A program made the position numbers and the translations under genes. The notes under the pieces were generated by a model. The model saw only the letters and a program-made list of their open reading frames with translations, was not told the origin of the DNA and ran no database searches. A stretch of DNA of 60,553 nucleotides, counting the filler, from Asterionella formosa (Eukaryota): NCBI GenBank assembly GCA_002256025.1. It is 14 parts of 14 records of this genome, joined end to end, with 100 filler letters (N's around TTAATTAATTAA, not from the genome) between each part and the next. Parts side by side here need not be neighbours in the genome. Positions count along the whole stretch, not along the records: positions 47,685 to 51,906 come from NKIB01013644.1; positions 52,007 to 56,227 come from NKIB01013645.1; positions 56,328 to 60,553 come from NKIB01013646.1; 11 more parts are not named here. One strand, written 5' to 3'. Shown piece by piece: positions 48,737-60,553 of the stretch (position 1 is its first letter; every line of letters starts with the position of its first letter).

Positions 48737-49813
48737 CATAAACGGCACAACGCCCAGTTGACTGGCCAACGTTCGCTCCATGGCAGCAAAATAGAAGGGG
48801 TCGGTTGACGCTGCCAAGACAGGGCTGATGGAGGCAGATGATTCCGAAGCCAGGAGCAAAGGATCTAGTGGCAAAGGATCAAGTAAGGGCAGTAAAGGGA
48901 GTAAGAGCGTAAGAGCACAACTCAACCTGACAAGTGTGATACTACCGGTAATCCTCCTTCATTAATGCCTATTCCTTTGGATGTAACACCGCCACCAACA
49001 CCGGGACCAACGCCATGGCCTATCCCAACGCCAGGTCCAACACCAGGACCAATGCCTTCTATATCCACTTCTCCACCACAGCCTGAGATAGAAAACCCAA
49101 GACCAACAGCTTTGCCAACACCTACACCTGGTGTGCCAAGTTATTTTCCAATCATGAGTGTAAATCCAAGCACATCACCTAGCAGCTTGCCCATTGCGAC
49201 AAAAGAACCAACTGCTGGACCAACATTGGCACCTACTCCAGTTCCAACAGGTTCATCACCATGGCCGATTGCCAAAGATAATGTTAATCCTACTAGTTCC
49301 CGCCACCTACTGGGGACTGTGCCACATGGTCTCGGTGCTTCAACAAATGCAAAATTAAATTGTGAGTCACAGTCAAAGTCCACGGAAATACACGATATTC
49401 CTGTTGACAATTGCATTAAGAAAATGACAGTGAATCCAATCAAGATCATGTCTCAAAATGGAGGTACTATAACCTTTTCTGTGACCCAAGATTGTAAAAG
49501 TGAGTGGCTAGCAACAGACTTCATTGCTGCAGACAACAAGCTCATTTGTCACCAGACCCTTAAGTGTGGCATTCCCAATGAATATATTGCTATGTGTGTT
49601 GATGGTGCTACGATTGTAGATCTGTATGCTTATGGGGTTTCTTTTGGACAGGCTGATGGATCACCAATAGTGATTCCTGAGGCTTGCAACAGCATCGGAA
49701 ATGTTTCTCAATTTTGTCACTTTCGCTATGATTTGAAGTGCAATCCCAGCAAATGCGATGGAATTTCAGTTACCAGTGAAGGAAGGAGACTTCGGGGCTC
49801 TCCAAATCACTAA
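48737..49813 (+). pseudogene. Cell-wall/frustule-like protein (Lys-Gly-Ser tract, PTPxP repeats, Cys-rich C-terminal domain), disrupted upstream of 48965
   Basis: SKGSSGKGSSKGSKGSKS joins ORF 48965-49813 if the 8-bp duplication gtaagagc (48901-48916) is removed. Confidence 0.62.
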
Positions 49814-49954
49814 TAAATGTTTGTAATAAGTCTACGACAACCAGGTTGAGCCTATACAATTAGGGATAGGGTCAGGGGATGACACCTTCTATGTAAGTAA
49901 AGGAAAATGTGGATGATTTTCATGAGAAGTAATTTGTAGAAATTGGGTTCAATT

Positions 49955-50778
49955 TTTGTACTTCCCTTGTCCTGTTAGGGTGAGGCTGTTGAACTTGACA
50001 CAACGGCTGCTGTCATCAGGTGTGGCACACTCACGAAGGGCAGCAAGTGAGGGAGCATACTGCTGCCAAAGCTGGTGGCAGGAGGAAAGCACAGACTCAC
50101 TAATAAAAGCGTTTCACGAAGGAAGGTCATGGTGCAAAAACAACTTAAGTCGCCCTTTCTATGGCCTTGTCTTGTCACATGCTAGAGTAGGTAAGGAGGT
50201 TGTACGTGGGTACACAGGTGTGGGTAGTTTTGGCTTTACTAGACCAAATCCGAGACTGGTATGTTGGTCTTGGCACCCATTTTTAGGCCATACTGGTAGT
50301 TGTGTTGGTTAGGTTGGGTAGGCATGGTGGCAATTTCCTGAAGGAGCCGGTAATTGCCGCCTGCCAGCATGAGTTGAGAGAGGCCTGCCATAACAGGATG
50401 GCACTGGATGTGGAAGTAATGGATCATAGCATCCGAGCGCCAACGCCCAAGCAGCTTGATGAGTGAGTAGGCTGTCCACTCCCCTGGAGAACAGAGCCAT
50501 AGCGCTGCTAGTGCGGAGGGAGCGGCACTCAACTTTGGTAGGGTCCACACAGAATCCCGGATTATGGGTCATAGCTGGGCATAGTAGGACGGTGGTAATG
50601 TCTGATGATTCAATGTAGTGGAACCTGTTGCTGGCGTCATCAAAGTAGCAGGAACAGAGTGGTTGTTGGTGGGAGCAGCATGCACCATGGGCAAGCAAGT
50701 GCTGTACCTGGAGGGCAACTGCGTGGATGGGACAGAGGGTTGTGGAAGTGGAGCAGCCATGCCCAATTTTTTCACCTT
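49955..50778 (-). mobile_element. 3' remnant of a tyrosine-recombinase (DIRS-order) retrotransposon
   Basis: GEKIGHG...LCPIHAV...RSLRTSSAMAL...VDS, a frameshift, then IKLLGRWRSDAMIHYFHIQ (the xSLR and GRWxS...Y boxes), followed by a GC-richer non-coding tail. Confidence 0.82.
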
Positions 50779-50782
50779 AGGT

Positions 50783-51100
50783 TCCTTTATTTAAATTTCT
50801 TGGTAGGAGAATGTACCAGTGAAAGTAATGTGGTTTGGCTCATCATCCTCTCCAGTCCTCACTCTGATTCTTGCAACAACGACAAAGCAGCCATGTCGAG
50901 AGGAACGAGATTTTGTGATAAAATCTTCATTTGTCGTTCAAGTCATCATATGTCTTCGATGAATCATCATCTACATTGCACAGTATGTTTGTACTATGCA
51001 ATCCGTTAAGAGCTTGAAAAGAAATCCAATGAAAACGAAATGGCTCATCACACAAGACGAATATTTCCGTTTTGTCACCAGAGCATCGGTCAGCCAGTGT
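50783..51100 (-). pseudogene. Second degenerate member of the family at 13650-13975
   Basis: Shared LCxEP and VVAxIRVxT...DEPNxITxxGTxSYQEI. Confidence 0.6.
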
Positions 51101-51584
51101 TACAACCTCAATCATAGTAGCTAGTAAGCAACATCCATTATAGAACAGCACAATCTACTTCTCCGTAACATCGTCTCTCTAACAAGAACGTAATACATCT
51201 ACAATTGAAACGCAGCATACTAGCAGGCGATATGCACAAAGAAGCATTAGACTGTGCCGTCTATTTATAGTAACAGAGTGATTCTAGTTTCGTAATTTTC
51301 ATGTCTCATTAGATTTTCTTTGTCATCGTACTAGTTCCTTACCTTTGAAGACAGGATCGTAGCTATTCTTTGATGTATCTGGAATATTTCAATGGATGGC
51401 AGCAGTTGGATTTAGACACAAACCTCGACAAAAGCACTAGTACCTTGTCGATGTTCATGAAAAGCGAGACACTTTGCTTGGCCTATCGCCCACCAGCCAG
51501 TCTATAATGCAAAAATGCAAGAAGCACAAGTTGAATGCTGCCCATTTATAGATTCAAGTTTCAGTAGTGCAACAATGTAAAATA

Positions 51585-51906
51585 CATCTAAGCCGCGTAT
51601 TACGTGAAGTGACCATCACGTAAATAAGCCTAGTTGATTTTGAATGGATCACATGAATTAGTTGAATACATCAAAATGCTTACTTGAATATATCTATATA
51701 TTATCTGAATACATCACGTTAATTATTTGATCAGAGTATCATGCATGCATTCCTGATCATCACTATATTACGTGATCACCTTCACATAATTATTTGAAAT
51801 ACTTCACATAATTATTTGAAATACTTCACATAATTATTTGAAATACTTCACATAATTATTTGAAATACTTCACATAATTATTTGAAATACTTCAATTAAT
51901 TCTGTA
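51585..51906 (+). repeat. Repeat family R1, copy 2, with an amplified 22-bp minisatellite
   Basis: Matches 1645-1870, then ttcacataattatttgaaatac five times from 51781. Confidence 0.9.
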
Positions 51907-52344
51907 NNNNNNNNNNNNNNNNNNNNNNNNNNNNNNNNNNNNNNNNNNNNTTAATTAATTAANNNNNNNNNNNNNNNNNNNNNNNNNNNNNNNNNNNNNN
52001 NNNNNNGTGGTGATGGCAGACCTATATTGGAAGCCCTTCAAATAATGGCAAAACTTCGAATTCACAAAATCTTGGAAAAGAAGCAAGAAAAATTGATCTC
52101 ATAGTATTAGAGACTTAATAATAAAACGAAGATCGTATGTGAGTTGAGGCCTGTCGGAATAGAATATTAACGGAGAAGAGGTAAACAATAGAAGTGAGTT
52201 GGTCAAAATTGAGACTGACTACTGCCTCCCTGGGTTTGAGTTCGTTGTCAAATGACCAGAATTCTCTTGGAATGTACCTCGAGCTGGAAAGCAAAGGAAA
52301 ATAGGGTTGAAAAAGCCAAGCAGTGTGCAAAGGCAAAAATTCAA

Positions 52345-52680
52345 GTGCACTTTTTCGAATTTATGTCTCAGTGACTTATTTATGCAACTTTTCTAAAACA
52401 TTATGCTGCTTTTTCGGAATTTATTTGGGTTGAACCAAAATTTATGTGTTCTCAAAATAGATTTATTTTACTCATCGAATAATTATGCGATCAAACCAAT
52501 AATTACAATATCCACTGACCAACTAGTCATTGCTACAGTATAATCGCGAAATAATGCTGCTTTGTGTCCATATTATGCTGGATTCACCACATACCTAAAT
52601 TAAGAGCTCCCAATATCGATCAAATTATTATTTTTTCCGCTTTCATATTTTTTTGGTATCAACTCCCAACGAATAACACA
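52345..52680 (+). repeat. Repeat family R2, copy 2
   Basis: Homologous to 11905-12280. Confidence 0.8.
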
Positions 52681-55627
52681 TTTGTTGGCGCTGATATCTG
52701 CATCTGCGATAAAACAAATTGCCGGTTCAATCAATCAATCTATTCTCATTTGATAAATGTCTATTCTCACATAATGTATTTCAAACAATCATATTATTGT
52801 GATAGTATTAATGTCATTCATTATTCAGCTACTATGAAAGTGTCAATCCCTTAGACACATCGTCGTCTTCGATTGCGCATTTCTAAATTAATTACATGAA
52901 AAGAGGTGCCATCTGCTACTTCAGTTTTCGTTGTCAATGTTAGTGTTATTACAATTATTATTTTACTATTGTATTTTCTTTCTCGTGTTTTAGATAATTA
53001 CCGAAAAGGAAAGTGTCGTTCTCAATTTTCGTTGAGATTTCCACTATTTTCGTCATGGTCATGGCTGAGACGACATGATGAAGGATGCACCAGACAATCA
53101 CAACGACTACACTGTATTGTTTTGTATGTACAAAAAACGCATTATATCAGCTAAATATTTTTTACTAGTGTTTATGTGGGCTATCTGGGGTACCCTGAGC
53201 ATGAATCCAGCCATACTTTTTTGTAAAGGGTGGTAAAATTAGAGGCCCTCACGGTAGACGGGCGGCGCATACAACAATGCAGACCAAGCCAGTATTTTTG
53301 GGTGTTCATTTTACAGGAGTCTGGTACAGCGTAATAGGGAATGATCACAATATACATGGCTCATATTTGATTAATTATAGACTGGTTCTCTGCCTATCAC
53401 CATTCTTGCACCGCAGACATAATTATATAATCATAGTACCGAAATCAAGGAAAACCGCGATGATGATGGTGGTTGCCGCTGCATGGTCAGTTGGATGTGA
53501 TTGTTATTCATTTAAACGTATACTTCTCACACCTCTACCTCCTTCCTAAATAACAGTCTCGCATTAAAAAATTCAATATTCAATGAAAAATTGAGGTCGT
53601 TGTCAAGGTTCGTTCCTGGCGCTTTCCATGGTTTGATCTTGTTTTTTATTTCATTTATGTATTGCATTCTGATCATTGCAAACACTCACACAAGTAATAT
53701 AGCTTGTATATCGGAAACTGAAATACTTTATGAAAGCTCCATTATAAAATAAGGTAAGAAACAAGATGATTTGTGTGTGCGCCTTGCCATTGTTATCTAT
53801 TGAGCAACTCTAAAATATTTATCTCTCTCCTATTTGCAGAAATCATTGTTGCTTCGCCTCCAACAATCAGCCATCACCACCAGATACTGGTGATAAAGAA
53901 ACTAACAATACTTTGATTGAAGAGAAGGTTGGTATGCTACAATGAATGCTGCTAGAAAATTGATTTAAAGAATTCCAACGCAAGAAGCAAGCAGAGCAAT
54001 GATTATATATCAGCATGCTGTTCAGCGATTTTGGCAACTACTAGTAGTAATGCTCCTAGCTAGTCAATACAATGTAAATTATATTTGCGGGAGATATTAC
54101 AACAGCATTAATCTTATTGCAATAGCATTTTCGTTTAATTTTTCCCTTCATAGAAAGTATAGTTGATTGCTGCGAGCAATAATTGTGGTTGTGATACAGA
54201 AATTATAGGATCAGGAATACAGAAATAATGTTAGGTTGTCCCAAAATTTATGTGGGTTGGTTGCTTTAGAAAATAAAATATGCCAGTTGTCGAAACTATT
54301 TTAGTTCACTCCAATCTTATATACTATATGATGCAAATTTTATATTTGATATCATACCCTTAAATTATGAACATTGTGCAATTAATCATATTGGGCCACC
54401 AATATTATTAATTTGGGTGATCATATTTAGTTTTTTCTGGTGGCTGAACCAATAATCGGCGTTGTCGACATTAGAGATAGCTAGTAGCTAGGGCAGTCTT
54501 GTTGGGAATGGCAGATTCCTTGACATCAACAGTCCATCCATCAACCATCATAATGATAAACCTGGCTGGTGGGATTAACACCATAAAGATTGACTGTATT
54601 GGGATTGTACTAATAGGTCACCAGGACCTTGCCAAGAAACCTGAAGCTGACCACAAGATTGCCATCCTCGTCATCTCGCATTGCAAATAATATTTGTAAG
54701 ACAGCCATCCAGGCGAGAACGATATCAGTCTTCGAATGTCAGCTCTATGAGAAGTAACAACAACAACTTATGCATGTTGCAGTAAGCGATGAACATCATA
54801 ATTACTACAGGAGTAGCAAAAATACTTACTGTTGATCCCTCTCCCGAAAATCACTTCTGTTGTTACCATTAGGGATGAAAATGGTGTCATTGCTGATTAA
54901 TTTAATTACAAGACGTATATTAATTATAAATATATATTGTTGCTTAACGCTGTATCTGCAGAGATCTTGTGCAGATATCATACATTTTGGAACAGCAACA
55001 AAATGTTGCTGGAAGCAGCATATCACCTGGACTTGGGATATAAAAAAATATTGCGACAAAAACATGTTTCTCTGCCTCTGTTAAGAGATGTGGACTTTAG
55101 GCATTTATACTGTGATGGCAAATTTTGGTGGCTCGAGTCATGAGGACTGTGGACTCAACATACTCTAACAAGCCAAGTCATGCGCTGTTACGCCAATCAG
55201 CTGGTTAACAAGATCGAAGATTGATGACTTCTATAGATATAGAATTCCAAGTTTTTTAAGTGGACATTCAATGTGACCTTTATAATGTCTTGAGAAGCAA
55301 AAGATGCACATGAAAGAAAAAATAGTTTAGGTCAGTAATTTAAGAATTTACAAAACAATAAAGTAGTAAACAGTGTTAATTGGTGGGGAAAAGGTCCATT
55401 AGTTTTTCTTGCAGGGAGGCTAAAAGAGAAAGTAAAGGCTAGTAGAGAATGTAAATGTTACAAGTGAGTACTACTACTAGCAAGCGAAATTCCAAGTAAA
55501 AGGTGCAAGCCCCCCCCCCCTCCCCAAAGCACCAGGCAGGCAGAATTACGATACCTTCAACAAATATTTAGGTATGTGTTTCAAGTAGCTACTAATATCA
55601 TGGAATATATCTTTCCTTAAATGTAGG

Positions 55628-55870
55628 AATGGGTAATGGCTTAGTGGTAAGCCCATATGTTGCGGTGGCAGGTTCGATTCCTGCATTCTTCACCTGTCTT
55701 TTTCGTGTAGTTCCTAGGGTTCCGGGGGGTGCGGCTGACGAAAAGACAGGTCCCGTTGTACTGTGTGGACGATTAAAACCGGTAATTATTGTGTCCATTT
55801 ATTCATTTGTTTGACACGAGTGCGATTATTAAGTAGCTTTAACATACTATAAGATTTGATTGATAATTAA
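55628..55870 (+). mobile_element. Candidate tRNA-derived SINE
   Basis: A box tggcttagtgg, D-like stem ggctt/aagcc, T arm gcagg-ttcgatt-cctgc (B box), no anticodon arm, AT-rich tail, flanking repeats tttccttaaatgtagg / ttttcttaaacgtagg. Confidence 0.68.
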
Positions 55871-56789
55871 TTTTCTTAAACGTAGGCACATCGACTCAGT
55901 AGGTGTGCTGTATACAGTAGAGGTTGATGCGCTATGCATTGGAGGTGTTGAGCAGGAACGCCATAATGTATCAGTAAGGTGATATGATGGTATAATTCAT
56001 TCAGGGTATTTGAAAAGGCAATAGTATGTGACCATCTGTTTTTTTTTGTTGTTGCTTCGACATGGCAATGATTGGTTTTCATTGAATGAGGGTTGGAGTG
56101 TGAAGGTACGCCGCTTGGAAGGAGCGAACTGGGAAAAGAAATCGTAAAATGTACGAGATTTCAATGGAATCACTGATTCTATTTTACTGGCCAATAGCAT
56201 TTGCATTTTTCACGTCCACAAATACAANNNNNNNNNNNNNNNNNNNNNNNNNNNNNNNNNNNNNNNNNNNNTTAATTAATTAANNNNNNNNNNNNNNNNN
56301 NNNNNNNNNNNNNNNNNNNNNNNNNNNCCGCTTCTGTCGTGGAGAGGAGACATTGGCTGCTGGGGATGAAGTCTCATGCTGAAGCATCCAATGCTCGTGA
56401 AAATCGGTGCTTTGGAATGTTCCAGAGCTTACATATCCTTATAATACGTGGTAACAGCTTCAATGCATTTTTCCCGAGAATCAAATGTGACTTGATCCAT
56501 TAGATTGACGTCGGATAAATTTTCATCTCCCTCCTCTGTATTGTCCCCAATAGGTTCTGACAGCTTTGGTTGAGGAGGCATCAGAGTCAATTCGAACACA
56601 ATGATGTGCATGCGTTAGCACGGCAGTGTCGTGGAGGAGTCAACTAAGACAATAAAGTCTGGATTTCACTTTTTGTCAAGTGAAATCCAATTCATGATGA
56701 CAATTTATTAACAAAATTTGAGGGACTTGTCAATCTAAAAAAGAACTGTATTCACTAGGTCAATACTGACTTGACTATAGAAGAAATTA

Positions 56790-57190
56790 CAACAATTATG
56801 CCTTCTATGATGATGATGATGATTTCTTTAGTCAATGCTACTGGGCAAGAAGAAGGTCTCATGAAGCTTCAGAACTTCGTTGTGAAAAATGACAATAATA
56901 AGTTGATGATTGTTAAAGAAGGAGGTATCACTACAGTTTTGTCTGCTATGGAAGAACATCCAAAGATTGCTACTGTGCAAGAATATGGTTGTTCAATACT
57001 TGGGAACTTGGCTGTGAATTACAACAACAGAGCAACAATTGCTGCAAATAAAGGGATCACTATGAAGAATCTGATATCAAATGAGAATGATACTGTGCAG
57101 TACTCTATGCTTGCACAGCACATCGGAAATTGGTTGTGAATACTGCCCAAACAAATTGAAGATTGCTGCAGAAGATGTTATCACTACAAC
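56790..57190 (+). pseudogene. Armadillo-repeat protein fragment
   Basis: NNKLMIVKEGGITTVLSAMEEHP...VQEYGCSILGNLA...IAANKGIT, then frameshifted CPNKLKIAAEDVITT. Confidence 0.78.
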
Positions 57191-57432
57191 CAACCTAACC
57201 CTAACCCTTACCCTAGCATCAGACGAAAAGCAAAATACCAGAAGTCTCATTACTTTTTGGCAAGTTAATTTGTCACCTCATCGTCATTGGATAATCGTCA
57301 TTGTAGCTCCTTCCTTTACCTAACCCTAATTATTTTGGTATGTTTCGACACATAAAATGGACAGCTTAAAGTGTTTACAACCACTACAGCCATACAAAAG
57401 ATGAGAGACTAGTCATAATGTTTGCATTCTGC

Positions 57433-58253
57433 CTACTCCAAGCCAAAACCAATGCAAGAAGTGGTCACAGCCAGCCTTAGTTTCTCTTCAAGCTCCTTCT
57501 TTGACTGGTTGTCAGTTTTGTCAAGGCGATTGAAACATGTATGTGCCCATGGGTAAAAACAAGAATTTTTATCCACTCCATGAATGGCAAACTTTTTGAT
57601 ATTTCCATCATTTCCTTGCAATACAGACATTCCAGTGACAAATTGCAGCAATCGAGCCTTGGTTTCTTGATCAAAGTCATCTCGTAAAACCACCTCGCAG
57701 AACCAGTTCACAATGTGATTGTTTTTGCTATTTTTGTCTTCGTAAATTCCAGAATAAATTGTATTTGCTTCCCAATCAGCCATATCTAGGTGAGGGAGAC
57801 CACAAAGTATGAGCTCTAGCTCTTGGTGATCGAAAACAGACAGAGCTGGCTCAGGAATGACATCAAAGAACCCAAGAAGGAGACGAACTCGATCCAACAT
57901 GCGATACTTGAGGTTAGCTTCCAAGTAGTTATAAATGTTTTCATTTGTTACTTCTTTCATAGAACCACCAGGAATAAGTTCTACCTCCTTGCGGATACCA
58001 AGAGTCTCTTCAGTAGCAGTGAAATCAAGACATGTCATTGAAACATCCTCCATATTAGAGAGCTTCTTAAGAGACTTGTAACACTCATCATCCTCATGCT
58101 CTAAATCTTGAAAGGTAATTGGCAAGCCCATCAGATGTTTGTAGAGATGACGGACCAAATGTCCTTTCATAAGTTGCCGATCAAAGAGTGCTCAGCCCAT
58201 GACACGGCCAAGGAATCTATAATAGACAAGGTAATCATCATGGCAGGATATAT
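57433..58253 (-). pseudogene. NEDD4-like HECT E3 ubiquitin ligase, terminal exon, disabled
   Basis: YYRFLGRVMG*ALFD (TGA at 58192-58194), ELELILCG, KARLLQFVTG with the following conserved residues apparently deleted, AHTCFNRLD, FGLE. CAG acceptor at 58254; no upstream exons found. Confidence 0.88.
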
Positions 58254-59019
58254 CTGTATCATGGGAAGGAGGATTTATTTATGATGTGAATAATAGCAAA
58301 AAATTGATCCAAAACAACATAGCTACAACCATGACTCACTGTTTGGTGGATTAATGGTCATGCACACTTGATTGTGTGCCGAGGACAACCATTACCAAAA
58401 AGTGCAGTCCCTCCCTTTTCTTTGGCTGCTCGGTTGACTTCCATTACTTCTGGAGCTATGGTTGAAGCTCCTCTTCCAGCCAGATAATCTTTTGAAGCCG
58501 TGAGTGAGGCTCCTGGTTGTAACGTTTCCGAGGGTCTCCATTGATGACGTCGTCTCGTTGAGCCCAGGAAGATGTATCCGATTGTGAGTGACTGGATGGT
58601 TCTGCTGCTACGACACTGAGGCGACCGTGAGATATCAGGAGTAGTTGCTTATTTGCGCTGGTGTTGATGAGTTGCATTTCAGTTTTACCGGACACTGAGG
58701 TCGGTGGTGTGTTCCGTTACAAATGACAAATTCTCACTCGAGTAGGTATGCAAATTGAGAAACGGAATCCAGAATCAGCTTGGATGTAATGCTTGATGTC
58801 GAAATCGAGCATCACATCATCAGCATATCACTCACACCGGGAGCGGTTTACTGTGCCACTATCGCCAACCCTGTAATTCGTCCGACGGATTGTTGCTCAT
58901 CAATCGTGGTTGCTGAATAGCTATGTATGATACTTCAATTTAATTGGTGTACCTGTTGGCTTCGCTCTTTCCCGGACTGTCATTTCATTCTGTGACGCGT
59001 GACCCTAAGGACAAAACGG

Positions 59020-60376
59020 AATCATCCTTTCTGTCGACGGAACAAACACAGTTCCCGATTCATACAGCACTTATTGCATATGAACAAACCAAGGACACAG
59101 TCCTAACAAATAAAATGCAGGCGGACAAATCCTCCTGCTTCACCAAACGTGTGATTGAAGGGAATGCAGTCATTATGCACAGGGGAAAAATGTATGTGCC
59201 CCATTCTCTTACACAACACACCTTGGCATGGTATGATGAATACCTATGTACAACACTCTCTGAGTGCCTTAACTATGATTGATCCGGCCACTGGCTGGTT
59301 CGAAATCAAAGCAAGAACGGACAAAAGTGCAGCTTCCATAATGGACCGTTTTGATAACGAATGGATGGCGCGCTATCCACGACCACAAAGCATTATATTC
59401 GATAATGGTGGGGAATTTAAGAACTTATTTAAAGCTATGTGCGATAACTACGGGCTTAAATCTACACATACCATGAGTTATAACCCGCAGGCCAATTCTG
59501 TCCTCGAACATGTTCACCAGGTATTAGGCAAAATGTTGTGCACGCAACGCATTGCTGATACTATCTCGGTTGAACAACCCTGGGTTAATTTCCTTGCCGC
59601 GGCTGCCTGGGCTATTCGCAGCACGTACAATACGACTCTTGACGCCACTCCCGATTTAACTGGTTTTTGGGCGTGACATGCTCCTCAATATTGCCTTTAA
59701 GGCGAATTGGGAGGCCATCCGCCACAACAAACAGGTCAGCATAAATGCTTCGAACGCCAAGGAAAACAAATCTTGTATTCCCCATACGTATAAGATCGGT
59801 GACCAAATCACGGTCATCCGTCCAGGACTCCTCCCGAAATTGATGAGCCCCACTGATGGGCCACATACTGTCACACAGGTATATACAAATGGCACTGTCC
59901 AAATACTCCGTGGCATCGTGTCTCAGCGTCTTAACATTCGCCGTGTCCACCCGTATTTTGCCTCGGCAATTCATGGGGGCAAGTGACCTATGGTACAGTA
60001 TGTACCAAGCTAGAAATACTATATTAGATGGTATACCGGTAAGTCCTCTATAATGTTAACCTTATAGGCTCTTCTATACAGACCATATACTTGTTTACTC
60101 TCAATGAAGAGATTTACACAATACACACTGTGTATGTATACCAGGTCAACCCTAATGAAAGGTGTACCCTTTCATATCACGCACATGACTACCATGGTAC
60201 CCATATGTGGTACACATACATGTACACGGGATTGATCATGATTAGCACGTGATGCTGTATACTAGCCCATAGTACATATTGCATTTTGTACCCGCAGCTA
60301 TTTATGCTACGAGATAACTATTGGTAAATAGCTATGTACCTCTAGAATAGATGCACGTAAGAATGCTAGGCTAACA
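59020..60376 (+). mobile_element. Ty3/Gypsy 3' end: degenerate integrase, polypurine tract, 3' LTR 59984-60376
   Basis: LTMIDPATGWFEI, WMARYPRPQSIIFDNGGEF, YNPQANSVLEHVHQ, GRDML, GPHTVTQVYTNGTV, RLNIRRVHPY; gggggcaag|TGACC...GCTAACA. Confidence 0.92.
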
Positions 60377-60378
60377 TT

Positions 60379-60553
60379 TTTGAGGACTCTCCCACTGCAG
60401 ACGAAGCCTTATACAATTCTGCAATTGAAGCCCTAAACAACCGGTTCATACCTTTAGATGGGCTCTCTAAGCAGAAAACTTATATGCGTTATCAATTAAG
60501 ACTATGTAACGGCGGCATAAAAGCCTTCGTAGACCGTCTAATTGAAGTAAATA
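60379..60553 (+). mobile_element. Gag-like fragment directly after the LTR
   Basis: Open frame FEDSPTADEALYNSAIEALNNRFIPLDGLSKQKTYMRYQLRLCNGGIKAFVDRLIEVN resembles the QKxYMR...RLxExN motif recalled from diatom Gypsy gag. Confidence 0.55.

Noticed and set aside
55624..55694. Functional tRNA gene
   Set aside because: D and T arms are present, but there is no anticodon stem-loop and the acceptor-stem spacing is wrong; better read as a SINE head.
56429..56611. MuDR/MULE transposase N-terminal domain (TFDSREKCIEAVTTYY)
   Set aside because: One short motif with no further MULE domain or TIR visible.
57191..57215. Telomeric CCCTAA repeats (also near 57318, 44671 and 49860)
   Set aside because: Only two to four degenerate internal units; too short to indicate a chromosome end or healing event.

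Overview
This is not one locus. It is 14 unrelated contigs of about 4.2 kb each, joined by 100-nt artificial spacers (N44-TTAATTAATTAA-N44), so nothing can be linked across spacers. The DNA is AT-rich eukaryotic nuclear sequence with short GT-AG introns. The protein and transposon families recognised point to a diatom. Host genes, several missed by the ORF track because they are spliced or run off a contig end: DGAT2, a 4-exon MORN protein, a BTB/POZ protein, RPS28, adjacent GT34-like and DUF616-like glycosyltransferases, a secreted protein, a proteasome beta C-terminus, and a Lys/Gly/Ser- and Pro-rich cell-wall-like protein. Pseudogene fragments: HECT E3, ARM, Mpv17, importin-beta, DUF4336. 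Much of the window is decayed mobile DNA: Copia, two Gypsy families with solo LTRs, a tyrosine-recombinase retroelement, PIF/Harbinger-like, mariner and pogo-like transposons, MITEs and satellites. Most notable: (1) pervasive TA-CCGG-TA / TA-CCWGG-TA motifs that cluster upstream of genes, appear as insertions at TA when repeat copies are compared, and match the ends of TA-flanked CCWG...CWGG MITEs in the window, consistent with excision footprints; (2) a ~610-nt foldback whose mismatches in the stretches checked favour G-U pairs on the + strand; (3) a tRNA-derived SINE candidate with a target-site duplication. All family calls come from reading motifs by eye, not from database searches.
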